Position numbers and translations under genes: made by a program. The notes under the pieces are model-generated. The model ran no database searches and was not told where the DNA came from. It was given only the letters and a program-made list of their open reading frames with translations. From assembly GCA_026016205.1 (NCBI GenBank), contig CP061209.1:378330-442329 (forward strand): a stretch of 64,000 nt of DNA, read 5' to 3'. Source of the stretch: Methanosarcinales archaeon (GTDB lineage Archaea > Halobacteriota > UBA148 > JAUWXC01). This document shows, piece by piece, positions 10,127-18,860 of the stretch (positions are counted from its first letter, which is position 1; every line of letters starts with the position of its first letter).

Positions 10127-10417
10127 ATGAAGAAGAAGGGCAGGACGATTATCTGGCCTGTATACCTTGATGGTAGCAAGCCCAGAAGCGGGGGCAGAAT
10201 TATCTCAAGCGAAGATGCCATTCACGAGCCACGGTTAAACGAGATTGAGGCAGCAGCTGATAAGTTAGGTCTGCACCCAGAGGTGGAGCCTCATAAGGCA
10301 TATCCTGGGTCATGGTGGGAAATCAGCGGACGGGTATGGGTGGATGAGGTTGGCCCCAAATCCGAGATCGCAAGAGACCTAGCGAGAGCAATTCAAAACT
10401 TGCGCCAAAAGAAATAA
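10127..10417 (+). CDS. srp19: signal recognition particle protein SRP19
   Basis: IIWPVYLDGSKPRSGGRII..LGLHPEVEPHKAYPGSWWE is typical of archaeal SRP19; 96 aa. Confidence 0.85.
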   Translation: MKKKGRTIIWPVYLDGSKPRSGGRIISSEDAIHEPRLNEIEAAADKLGLHPEVEPHKAYPGSWWEISGRVWVDEVGPKSEIARDLARAIQNLRQKK

Positions 10418-10418
10418 T

Positions 10419-10709
10419 CTACTTATCTTGCGGCGTCTCAACTTCTTCGACCAGTTTGGACCCGGCCGCAACCTCGTCGACGCTATGAATTACTGCACCC
10501 AGCTCCTCAATAGTACCCTCTATCTTCTCGTAATCGAGGTCGTTCCCCTCAATCGTAATCTTGATATTCTCTGTTTCCTGGTCCACCTCGTACAGGGTGA
10601 GGTTGACACCGGTCACGTTTTTTAATACACTCAGCTGTTTGGCCATATCTGTTATTGTTGGTCGATGAGGTTTTAGGACGTCAAGGACCAATCGCTGTAT
10701 TTTTGTCAC
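10419..10709 (-). CDS. DUF211-family protein
   Basis: IQRLVLDVLKPH.P....A..L..L..V.GVN..L.EVD.ETENIKITIEG pattern; 96 aa. Confidence 0.7.
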   Translation of the reverse strand: MTKIQRLVLDVLKPHRPTITDMAKQLSVLKNVTGVNLTLYEVDQETENIKITIEGNDLDYEKIEGTIEELGAVIHSVDEVAAGSKLVEEVETPQDK

Positions 10710-10780
10710 TTTTTTTCACCTTTTATAACAATATAAATATAAGAGGAACGTTTATAACTTTTGTGCTGGATGTGGATATT

Positions 10781-11422
10781 ATGATTGATTTGCACACCCA
10801 TACAATTTTGAGCGATGGTGAATTGCTGCCTACAGAATTGGTACGTCGCGCAGCAGTCCACGGATACACGGCAATTGGAATAACTGACCACGTCGACTTT
10901 TCAAATCTCGAATTTGTACTGGGGAGCCTGAAGCGGGTGAAGGATGCCGGGAAGGAATGGGATATAGATGTCCTCATTGGCGTCGAACTAACTCATATCC
11001 CGCCTGTAAAAATCGAGAAAATCGTTGCCCAAGCAAGACAATTGGATGCAGAACTTATCATCATGCATGGAGAGACGCTGGTAGAACCTGTCGCCCCTGG
11101 AACTAATGCCGTAGCCACACACTTGGGGGACATAGACATCATAGCACATCCCGGCCTCATCACGATTGAGGATGCTGAGGCTGCGCGTGATAATGACATT
11201 TGTCTGGAAATCACATCCAGGAAGGGGCATTGCCTGACCAATGGCCATGTTGCAAGAATTGCTACCGAGGTCGGTGCCACGTTAGTGGTCAATACGGATG
11301 CACATAGCCCTGCCGATCTTATCTCTGAGCAAAGAGCACTCGAAATCGCAAGGGGTGCTGGATTGAGCGAAAAAGAGGCAGTCCGAGTGGTCAGCATCAA
11401 TCCCAAAAAGTTTCTAAAGTAA
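10781..11422 (+). CDS. PHP-domain (histidinol-phosphatase family) metal-dependent phosphoesterase
   Basis: MIDLHTHTILSDG..GITDHVD..HGE..AHP..DAHS motifs. The track ORF starts earlier (10655), but ATG 10781 fits the family N-terminus. Confidence 0.75.
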   Translation: MIDLHTHTILSDGELLPTELVRRAAVHGYTAIGITDHVDFSNLEFVLGSLKRVKDAGKEWDIDVLIGVELTHIPPVKIEKIVAQARQLDAELIIMHGETLVEPVAPGTNAVATHLGDIDIIAHPGLITIEDAEAARDNDICLEITSRKGHCLTNGHVARIATEVGATLVVNTDAHSPADLISEQRALEIARGAGLSEKEAVRVVSINPKKFLK

Positions 11423-11488
11423 ATTTAAACCTTACGAAATCTTTATATAAGAGTAATTCCTCTCTTTATACTCCTCTGGGGTAAATGC

Positions 11489-11722
11489 GTGAAAAGACTA
11501 GGTATTGTTCTCCATCCTTCAAGTCACAAAGGCTTGATTGTACGAAGTCAGTTCGATAAGGGAATGCCTAAGCTCAACTCTGTGGTCGTCACTGAGGGCA
11601 TGAAGAAGATAGGGAAAGTATACGATGTCTTTGGTCCCGTTAAACGTCCATATATTTCTGTCAGGCTTTATGAAGCGGCGAAGGCGCATGTCCTGAGAAA
11701 TCAGCGAATTTACGTCTTGTAA
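11489..11722 (+). CDS. gar1: H/ACA RNP component Gar1
   Basis: [17 protein letters not shown] motif; 77 aa; conserved position directly upstream of tfb. Confidence 0.8.
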   Translation: MKRLGIVLHPSSHKGLIVRSQFDKGMPKLNSVVVTEGMKKIGKVYDVFGPVKRPYISVRLYEAAKAHVLRNQRIYVL

Positions 11723-11724
11723 TC

Positions 11725-12732
11725 ATGGTGATGGTTATGGAAGAAATTGAAAAGGTAAAGGAAGTTGAGAAGGCTGCGAGGGTTAAAGAAATTGAAAAAG
11801 AGAGGGCTTTAAAGGAGCATGAGGGTGTAAAAGCCAAGTGCCCTGAATGCGGAAGCGCCCAACTTGTGCACGATTATGAAAGGGCAGAACTCGTGTGTAA
11901 TGAGTGCGGACTGGTCGTCGAGGAAGACTTTATGGATATGGGGCCAGAGTGGAGGGCCTTTGACCACGACCAGCGAATGAAGCGGAGCCGCGTGGGTGCG
12001 CCGATGACCTATACCATTCACGACAAGGGTCTGAGCACAATGATCGACTGGAGGAACAGGGATTCATATGGCAAATCCATCTCTTCTGGAAGCAGGGCTC
12101 AGTTATACCGGTTAAGGAAGTGGCAGCGCAGGATAAGAGTGAGCAATGCAACGGAGCGCAATCTTGCATTTGCACTGTCCGAGTTGGACAGGATGGCATC
12201 TGCGCTTGGCCTTCCCAGGAACGTGAGAGAAACTGCTGCAGTAGTCTACAGGAAAGCTGTGGAGAAAAACCTGATTAGGGGGAGAAGTATCGAGGGTGTG
12301 GCAGCCGCTGCGCTTTATGCTGCATGCAGGCAGTGTTCTGTGCCCAGGACACTGGACGAAATCGCAGAGGTGTCAAGGGTCAGCAGGAAGGAAATCGGTC
12401 GTACATACAGGTTCGTATCCAGGGAACTGGGGCTTAAACTCGTGCCAACATCCCCTACCGATTATGTGCCGAGATTTACCTCAGGGTTGAATCTCAAAGG
12501 AGATGTCCAGTCCAAGGCAGTTGAAATACTTCGCCAAGCAGCGGAAAAGGAGTTGACGTCTGGCAGAGGTCCTACAGGTGTTGCGGCAGCAGCCATATAT
12601 ATTGCATCCATCCTCTGCGGAGAGCGCAGGACGCAACGAGAAGTGGCAGATATAGCGGGCGTGACCGAGGTAACTATCAGAAACCGGTATAAGGAGTTAG
12701 CAGAGGAGCTCGATATCGAGATCATCCTGTAA
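11725..12732 (+). CDS. tfb: transcription initiation factor TFB (TFIIB)
   Basis: Zn ribbon CPECG..X15..CNECG, B-linker, and two cyclin repeats ([16 protein letters not shown].., [12 protein letters not shown]). Carries an N-terminal charged extension of about 35 aa. Confidence 0.95.
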   Translation: MVMVMEEIEKVKEVEKAARVKEIEKERALKEHEGVKAKCPECGSAQLVHDYERAELVCNECGLVVEEDFMDMGPEWRAFDHDQRMKRSRVGAPMTYTIHDKGLSTMIDWRNRDSYGKSISSGSRAQLYRLRKWQRRIRVSNATERNLAFALSELDRMASALGLPRNVRETAAVVYRKAVEKNLIRGRSIEGVAAAALYAACRQCSVPRTLDEIAEVSRVSRKEIGRTYRFVSRELGLKLVPTSPTDYVPRFTSGLNLKGDVQSKAVEILRQAAEKELTSGRGPTGVAAAAIYIASILCGERRTQREVADIAGVTEVTIRNRYKELAEELDIEIIL

Positions 12733-12745
12733 GTGCCTTTTCCGT

Positions 12746-13159
12746 CTATTTCAAATCAAACGTCACCGTCTCAATATACGTCGTCTCGCCATCTGAGAGG
12801 GATATCTTTGCCTTCGCCGTTTTTGCATTAGGGGCGTAGTCTCCGGCGTCGTGTGGTGCAAAGGTGACGGCATATCCTTCCAGCGCATATAATCTGACCA
12901 TCTGATTCTCATATCCGGCCAGCTCTGCACTATCAAAAGGATTTTGCGTACCCCTTTCCGAGACCGTCCTCAGCATGTAGCCATATGTATTTTTCAGGCA
13001 TTTGAAGTCGTAATTGACATCAGCAGTTTCCTGTGCTATCGTCTGATGGCCTGCGAATGCGGCTGAATGAAGGATGACACTGAAAAATATGACGCCCATC
13101 GCTAGAATGAATCCTGCGAGTATGATTATCTGTCCTTGGTCGTTCTCTCTAAGGCTCAT
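12746..13159 (-). CDS. pilin-like protein with class-III-type signal (archaeal Tad/type IV pilus accessory-like)
   Basis: N-terminus MSLRENDQGQIIILAGFILAMGVIFFSVILHSAAF resembles the [DE]RGQ + hydrophobic helix of archaeal prepilin-like proteins. ATGA overlap with the upstream ORF. Confidence 0.45.
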   Translation of the reverse strand: MSLRENDQGQIIILAGFILAMGVIFFSVILHSAAFAGHQTIAQETADVNYDFKCLKNTYGYMLRTVSERGTQNPFDSAELAGYENQMVRLYALEGYAVTFAPHDAGDYAPNAKTAKAKISLSDGETTYIETVTFDLK

Positions 13160-13944
13160 TTATACCACAACACCAGTTCAGCAGTATAAATGTCATAGGT
13201 GGTGCCATCAGACGCAAATGCCGGCACGCTCACCGTCACCGCTTCCGCAGTTGGATTCCCATTTACTATCTTCATCTCGCCCTCGTAACTAATGGCGAGT
13301 GCGCCACTGCTATCATAGAAATACAGATTGAACTCGACGTTTTCCGGGATGTAGCTATGTAACTCGTCATTGAGATTGGCAAGACCGTATCCCAGATCTT
13401 CCCTGAAAACCGCCTCAAGCGGATTGGCGATTATGCCCGTTACCAGTCCAGGCGGACCAACTAGGACAAATATGGGGTGGGTATGCTTGGCAAAAGACGC
13501 CCCCTCACCCCATGTAATCGCATACGCCCCTTTTGCAGGGACATTAAATGTAAATCTAAACTTATCATTGCCCAGGTCCGTTTTTGTAACGCCAGCAACA
13601 TCTCCTATTTTTTCACCATTGACACGCCAATTGTTTCCTTTTGCATCCGGGTCCTTCCATATGTCGATAAAACCACCCTGACCAGTTTCCTTGTACTGAA
13701 GGAGCGTCTCCTCCCCTTCCGTTGCCGGGGCGACTATTTCCAAAAGACCGTCGCGGTCCTCTGGTTGAATATCCGTCCAAACCAGCACAGCTGATGAAAG
13801 ACCGCCTGTGCCATCATCATACCAAACCATGCTTATAGTATAATCCAGCATTCTTCCTTCATGCTCAAATTCAAGGCTTCTGCTCTGGACTGATTGCAGG
13901 ACAGATGGGGGAGGGCAGTGTCTACTCCGGTATAAAGAACTCAA
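13156..13944 (-). CDS. hypothetical beta-rich protein, co-transcribed with the pilin-like gene
   Basis: 262-aa ORF (TTG start; ATG alternative at 13851). No TM or signal peptide and no recognised motif. 4-nt overlap with 12746..13159. Confidence 0.4.
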   Translation of the reverse strand: MSSLYRSRHCPPPSVLQSVQSRSLEFEHEGRMLDYTISMVWYDDGTGGLSSAVLVWTDIQPEDRDGLLEIVAPATEGEETLLQYKETGQGGFIDIWKDPDAKGNNWRVNGEKIGDVAGVTKTDLGNDKFRFTFNVPAKGAYAITWGEGASFAKHTHPIFVLVGPPGLVTGIIANPLEAVFREDLGYGLANLNDELHSYIPENVEFNLYFYDSSGALAISYEGEMKIVNGNPTAEAVTVSVPAFASDGTTYDIYTAELVLWYK

Positions 13945-14057
13945 TTATAATGGTATCGATAGCGTACTTGGCGTTCTTGGTAATCTAAACACATCGTTTT
14001 TTAAATCATCATGTTCAAATAGAAATACCATTAATATGTCATGGGTGTGAAACTAAC

Positions 14058-14759
14058 GTGAAAAAGGAAAAAGTAGTAAAGAGGAAGAGTACCGGCATCG
14101 AAATGCTGGATCGATACCTAAATGGAGGGCTCCCCGGGGGCTCGGTAGTCTTATTCAGTACTGACCCAAAGTCTATGTCTGAAGTTTTTCTCTATCATTT
14201 TGCTACTGCACAGAAATCACATTATTTCGCGACCGACAGAGATCCAAAGTACATAAAACAAAATATCATTGATTTTGGTTTTAATATTGATAATACAACC
14301 TTCGTCGATGTGTATGGGAAGTACCGTAAAAAGGGTAGCAGCTCTTCAAATAATACGGGGGACAAGGCGATTATAAAGCATTTTTCGGATGAACTCGAGA
14401 AATTGAGGAAGTATAAGGATTTTACTTGCGTGATTGATACATTCTCATTTTTCCTTGAGCTGGACAGTAGTTATGGCAGGATGAAAGAATTGGTCAATCA
14501 GGTTTACGATATAACAAAGGAAACCGATAGTGTATCTTATCTATATATTTTAAAAGGCGTGCATGACCCCAAGGTCGTGAATAGTATTAGTAATACATGC
14601 GACATCATCTTCGACATCGAATCCGAGAGAGTTGGTGATAAGGTAACTAACAAACTCCTCATACCAAAGATACGGGGCGTCTTTCCTGCACCCACGCAAC
14701 TTATCAAGTATCAGATACGAGATGACATACAGATTGATACCTCAATGTACCTGGCATGA
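14058..14759 (+). CDS. KaiC/RecA-superfamily (RAD55/FlaH-like) protein with degenerate Walker A
   Basis: TGIEMLDRYLNGGLPGGSVVLF is the KaiC-like lead-in, but the P-loop reads STDPKSMS instead of G.PG.GKT/S. Walker-B-like CVIDTFS is kept. The gene is AT-rich. Confidence 0.55.
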   Translation: MKKEKVVKRKSTGIEMLDRYLNGGLPGGSVVLFSTDPKSMSEVFLYHFATAQKSHYFATDRDPKYIKQNIIDFGFNIDNTTFVDVYGKYRKKGSSSSNNTGDKAIIKHFSDELEKLRKYKDFTCVIDTFSFFLELDSSYGRMKELVNQVYDITKETDSVSYLYILKGVHDPKVVNSISNTCDIIFDIESERVGDKVTNKLLIPKIRGVFPAPTQLIKYQIRDDIQIDTSMYLA

Positions 14760-15490
14760 CAAGAGACCTAAGATTTGGCGGCAGGGTGTTCAAGCCGAAC
14801 GTGCGGAAATTGGATGACATGAGAGATGTTATCTATGACAACAAATGGCTGAATAGTGCAGGAAATCCAGAGTTATATTATATGTACCGGGACCTGTTCC
14901 TTAGCGTCAAAGACCGGCAAATCATACTGGAGAACGGGCTGAGGTATGATGTGACAGTAATTCCGCCGCACATGCTGGGTATGGAGTACGTCAAAACTGC
15001 GGGCCATTATCATCCTTCTGTACTTGGGGCTGATTTGTCGTATCCTGAGATTTATGAGGTGCTGGAAGGAAGTGCGCATTATTTGTTACAGTGGCGCCAG
15101 AATGATGGCATCACGGACGTTGTACTGGTCAAGGCTAAAAAGGGAGATAAGGTGATCGTTCCTCCCGACTATGGCCATATAACAATAAATCCTTCCAACA
15201 AAGAGCTGAAGATGTGCAACTGGGTTGCCAGGGATTTCTCCTCGGTTTACGAGCCCATAAGGGAAAAAGGAGGCGCCGCATATTTTGAGCTAACTACAGG
15301 ATTCGTCAAGAACGAAAATTATGGGGATGTTCCAGAGGTGCGCTTTCTAAAGCCTGCAAACTTCCCTGATGTCGGCCTGAACAAGAATAAGGAGATGTAT
15401 GGGCTTATCAGAAAGGACCCAAAGTTGCTGGAGTTTCTAACAAAGCCGCAGGATTATGGGTGGCTATTTGAGAGAGTTCTGGCGGAATGA
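14756..15490 (+). CDS. pgiA: cupin-type glucose-6-phosphate isomerase (cPGI family)
   Basis: VRKLDDMRDV.., TAGHYHP..EIYEVLEG..YLLQ, VIVPPDYGHITIN parallel the Pyrococcus cPGI motifs TKGHFH..EVY..LLQ, VPPYWAHRTVN. The metal ligands are intact. Confidence 0.7.
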   Translation: MTRDLRFGGRVFKPNVRKLDDMRDVIYDNKWLNSAGNPELYYMYRDLFLSVKDRQIILENGLRYDVTVIPPHMLGMEYVKTAGHYHPSVLGADLSYPEIYEVLEGSAHYLLQWRQNDGITDVVLVKAKKGDKVIVPPDYGHITINPSNKELKMCNWVARDFSSVYEPIREKGGAAYFELTTGFVKNENYGDVPEVRFLKPANFPDVGLNKNKEMYGLIRKDPKLLEFLTKPQDYGWLFERVLAE

Positions 15491-15496
15491 GTGAGT

Positions 15497-16276
15497 TCAA
15501 TCAAGAGTTGGTATCGGCGTCATCTCCCTCTTATGTTTATTCTTTTCAACGCGCTTTACGATGCACCCTATACCATCTTCTGAGATGCCCAGTTCTTTTT
15601 TTATGTCGGCGGGCGCTTTCTTCTCATCTGTCAGTTTTATTAAAATGCTATCGGCGAGTTCATAGGAGATGCCCAGCTCCTTTTCGTCGGTTTGCCCTTT
15701 CCAAAGCCCTGCAGAGGGCGGTTTTTTGATTATGCGCTCTGAAACTCCAAGATGTTCAGCAAGCTCCAGCACCTGCGTCTTGTAGAGCCCACCCAAAGGG
15801 AGCATGTCTGCAGCACTATCGCCATATTTCGTCGTATATCCTAAAAGAATCTCTGTTTTGTTGCCGGTTCCTATCACGAGCAGGTTTAGTAGATTCGCGT
15901 AGTAATAAAGAGCACACATTCGTATTCGCGCCTTGAGATTACCACTGCAAACCTTCGCATTTGGGTCATAGTCTGGGAGTGCGGATACAAAGGCAGTGTG
16001 AATTTCTGCTATATCAATCGTCTTGTGCTTGATGCCAAGCATCTTGGCGACTTGCATTGCATCTTCGATATCCTCTGTGCATGTAACATCCCTTTCTGGC
16101 AGCAAGATGCCCAAGACACGTTCTTTGCCAAGCGCTTTAACTGCAAGGGTAGCAGCTAAAGCCGAATCGACACCACCGCTCAACCCTATGACTACGCCCT
16201 CTCGGTGCGCCTTTTCAACGTTGGTTTTGATGAATGCGGCAACTCCATCGGCAACTTCCTCTGGTCTAGTAAACAT
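15497..16276 (-). CDS. nadE: NH3-dependent NAD+ synthetase
   Basis: PP-loop GLSGGVDSA. A single domain of 259 aa with no glutaminase domain. Confidence 0.9.
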   Translation of the reverse strand: MFTRPEEVADGVAAFIKTNVEKAHREGVVIGLSGGVDSALAATLAVKALGKERVLGILLPERDVTCTEDIEDAMQVAKMLGIKHKTIDIAEIHTAFVSALPDYDPNAKVCSGNLKARIRMCALYYYANLLNLLVIGTGNKTEILLGYTTKYGDSAADMLPLGGLYKTQVLELAEHLGVSERIIKKPPSAGLWKGQTDEKELGISYELADSILIKLTDEKKAPADIKKELGISEDGIGCIVKRVEKNKHKREMTPIPTLD

Positions 16277-16280
16277 CCCT

Positions 16281-17873
16281 TTAACTTCCTACAAATTTTT
16301 CTTCAAACGTACGGATTTGGTCCCTGGTTCCAATTAACATCAATTTTGCTCCAGGCGGTATGACCTCTTCCGAGGAGGGATTGGGAATAAAATGTCTATT
16401 ATGCTCAATCGCGACCACAGTACAACCGGTCATTGACCCGATCTTCGTCGAGGCTATACTTTTTCCTGCCAGTGCAGGTGTTTTCACTTTATACTCCACA
16501 ACCTTGAGCCCCTCTACAACAGTCGTTTCAGCCATAAATTCTTCTGTAGCTATCATGCTTGCCAGCATTTGACCTCCGATTACCGATAGCGCCAGGACAT
16601 AATCTGCACCGGCTCTGTATAACTTGTCAATCGAACGCTCGGCGTTTGCCCTGGATATTATTCGTAGGTTTGGATTCATCTTCCTGGCGATAAGCGTCGT
16701 GAAAATGTTATCAAGGTCCGTGTTCAGCGTCACGATAAGCGTGGATGCGTCTGCGATGCTGGCACGCTTCAGCACTTCCTCGTCTGTTGCACTACCAACC
16801 ACTTGGGTGACGCCTGCAATTTTCTTCTTATCGATTACTGTAAATGGTATCTTCTTTTCTTTCAGCACCTTTGCTGCTTGCCTACCAACATCTCCAAAGC
16901 CAGCGATGATATAACGCCCCTTCATGCTGCGCCTGTACTCTGCGGTCAGTTTGCTCAACTTCTCCAGATGTTCATCAGTTCCAAGGGCTATAATTATCGA
17001 GTTCTGGCTGATTGTAGTGCCAGAACTGGGATTTGGAATCATTCCCCCATCTTTCCACAGCCCTATGATAACACACCCACTTTTCTCCCTAATTTCACTC
17101 TCTCTAATCGTTTTATCCGCAACAAGCGAATCAGCACGAATTGGGAATTCCAGCACTTTGAGCCCTTTGCCGAACTCTGTGACATCAATTAGTTCCTTGC
17201 TCAGAGGCATACCAGCTCTTCTACCAATATATGTTCCAAGCATGTGTTTGGGAGAGACCACCAAGTCCGCTCCCGCATACTCAATATATCTTGCCATACT
17301 CAAGTCATCGATCATAGAAATGATCTTGCCATCAAACAGCTTGGATGCAGTCAAAACGACCTCAGCACTCTCTTCATCTGGTATATTCGTGATTAAGAGC
17401 CGTGCGTTGCTAATCTGGGCGTTTTTAAGTGTGTTTTCGTCTCCTGGGTCTCCATGAACACAAGGCACCTCCATTGAAAGTTTTTTGATAATTTGCTCAT
17501 CCTTATCGATAAGTACAAAAGGGTGTTTTTTAGTTTTCAATTCCTTGACTAACGTCTCAATCAACGCATTGTAGCCGCATATTAATATATGATTTTTCAT
17601 TGACCGTGCAACTTTTGTGGGCAACTCTGCCTGAATTCTCCTCTCCACCCATGGCATGATTATCATCGGGAGGAGGAACGCAAAGAGCATGCATACGCCA
17701 GAGACGGCGACAATGCTGGAGAACGCCCTTCCAATCTCGCTGGTAAAGACTATGTCTCCAAGTCCTAGTGTGGTCAAAGTGGAGATTGTCCAGTACACAG
17801 CAGTTATAACGCTAAACGACCTGCCTTCAAGGTTCATGAGGATAATAAATATCTCACTGTAGATGACTACCAA
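16281..17873 (-). CDS. K+ channel with two tandem RCK (TrkA-N/TrkA-C) modules
   Basis: Pore/filter WTISTLTTLGLGD. Rossmann motifs ILICGYN and IIAGFGDVGRQ. The frame stays open a further 17 codons upstream (to 17924), completing the M1 helix, so the true start is likely upstream of TTG 17873. Confidence 0.85.
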   Translation of the reverse strand: MVVIYSEIFIILMNLEGRSFSVITAVYWTISTLTTLGLGDIVFTSEIGRAFSSIVAVSGVCMLFAFLLPMIIMPWVERRIQAELPTKVARSMKNHILICGYNALIETLVKELKTKKHPFVLIDKDEQIIKKLSMEVPCVHGDPGDENTLKNAQISNARLLITNIPDEESAEVVLTASKLFDGKIISMIDDLSMARYIEYAGADLVVSPKHMLGTYIGRRAGMPLSKELIDVTEFGKGLKVLEFPIRADSLVADKTIRESEIREKSGCVIIGLWKDGGMIPNPSSGTTISQNSIIIALGTDEHLEKLSKLTAEYRRSMKGRYIIAGFGDVGRQAAKVLKEKKIPFTVIDKKKIAGVTQVVGSATDEEVLKRASIADASTLIVTLNTDLDNIFTTLIARKMNPNLRIISRANAERSIDKLYRAGADYVLALSVIGGQMLASMIATEEFMAETTVVEGLKVVEYKVKTPALAGKSIASTKIGSMTGCTVVAIEHNRHFIPNPSSEEVIPPGAKLMLIGTRDQIRTFEEKFVGS

Positions 17874-17924
17874 TAGAATTGTGGCTAAGATATAGTATAC
17901 AATAGTCTCCTCTGTCTTTTTTAT

Positions 17925-18767
17925 CTAATCACCACCTTTTCTCGGTTTGTCCAGCAGTTGAACCTTGCTCATAATGGCGCCCGAGTCATCATGAGGCCTT
18001 CGCAAGACCGCATCTTCACACTTCTCCATCTCCCTTGCCTCGTCAGCCAGAAGCGCGGCAGCTCTCATGAGTTCATGTGCAGATGCAGCAGTTATGGTAT
18101 ATTCTCTCGCATCATCAAGTATAAAACATGCTCTTGTATTTATCTCGTCCACCTTTTCGGCCATTTGATACGCGGCCAATGCCTTTGCCTTTGCATACGG
18201 ATTTGAGAATCCTGCCCTATCGACCACTACAGAGGCATCTGCGATGATCTGCGGCAGTTTCACTTCCTTTTCATTTTGAATCTGCCCTATGACCGCATCT
18301 ATCTCCTCTTGAACTAATTGCACTACACCGCATACTGTCAATACGCGCAGAACGTCCGAGTTAAAAAGTGCCATCTCCGTGGAATCGAGAAACTCCCTTC
18401 TTGCGCCTATTAGTGCATCTCCTGTTAGGATAATGTAACCGAAACCATCTTTTTTCAACCTGTTGACCGCTTTCTTCGCAGGAGCAGCCGAGATAATAAT
18501 GCATGGTTTGCGCAATGCATTAATCGTGCCAGAGGTCAGTAATGATGTGGTGGGAGTGACAATAATAATAAGGTCAGGGGTAAAGTCAAGCACCATCTTT
18601 ATTGCATCTAATGCCTGCTCCGGCGTCGTCTTTGCGCCTGTACTAATCGTCCTTGTTAAAATGTCCCTCTCTGCCCTTTCGTCTAATGCAAGGTCGACTG
18701 TTTGAGAAATCCCAAGATTGCCGATTTTTGCGAATCCTATCTTAAGCATAGTGCCTTCTCCCATCAT
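17925..18767 (-). CDS. mtd: F420-dependent methylene-tetrahydromethanopterin dehydrogenase
   Basis: KIGFAKIGNLG..LDERAER..GARREFLD.TEMA.FNSD..NPYAKAKA.AAY..SAHE aligns along its full length with Mtd as I recall it. The start may be MLKIG at 18749. Confidence 0.9.
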   Translation of the reverse strand: MMGEGTMLKIGFAKIGNLGISQTVDLALDERAERDILTRTISTGAKTTPEQALDAIKMVLDFTPDLIIIVTPTTSLLTSGTINALRKPCIIISAAPAKKAVNRLKKDGFGYIILTGDALIGARREFLDSTEMALFNSDVLRVLTVCGVVQLVQEEIDAVIGQIQNEKEVKLPQIIADASVVVDRAGFSNPYAKAKALAAYQMAEKVDEINTRACFILDDAREYTITAASAHELMRAAALLADEAREMEKCEDAVLRRPHDDSGAIMSKVQLLDKPRKGGD

Positions 18768-18860
18768 CCATATAACAGCGCTTAACGATTAAATATAACT
18801 ACTATCATAGAAAATTTTAAGCCCTCTGGTTTCTACTAATCAACCCCAGACGAGATTATC

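Noticed and set aside
17925-17927. TAG stop of mtd in frame with the K+ channel ORF: possible pyrrolysine or read-through fusion.
   Set aside because: A fusion of a soluble F420 dehydrogenase to a channel makes no biological sense. Mtd ends at its normal C-terminal length. Same-frame adjacency has a one-in-three chance expectation. An SD-like motif before the ATA gives a simpler explanation.
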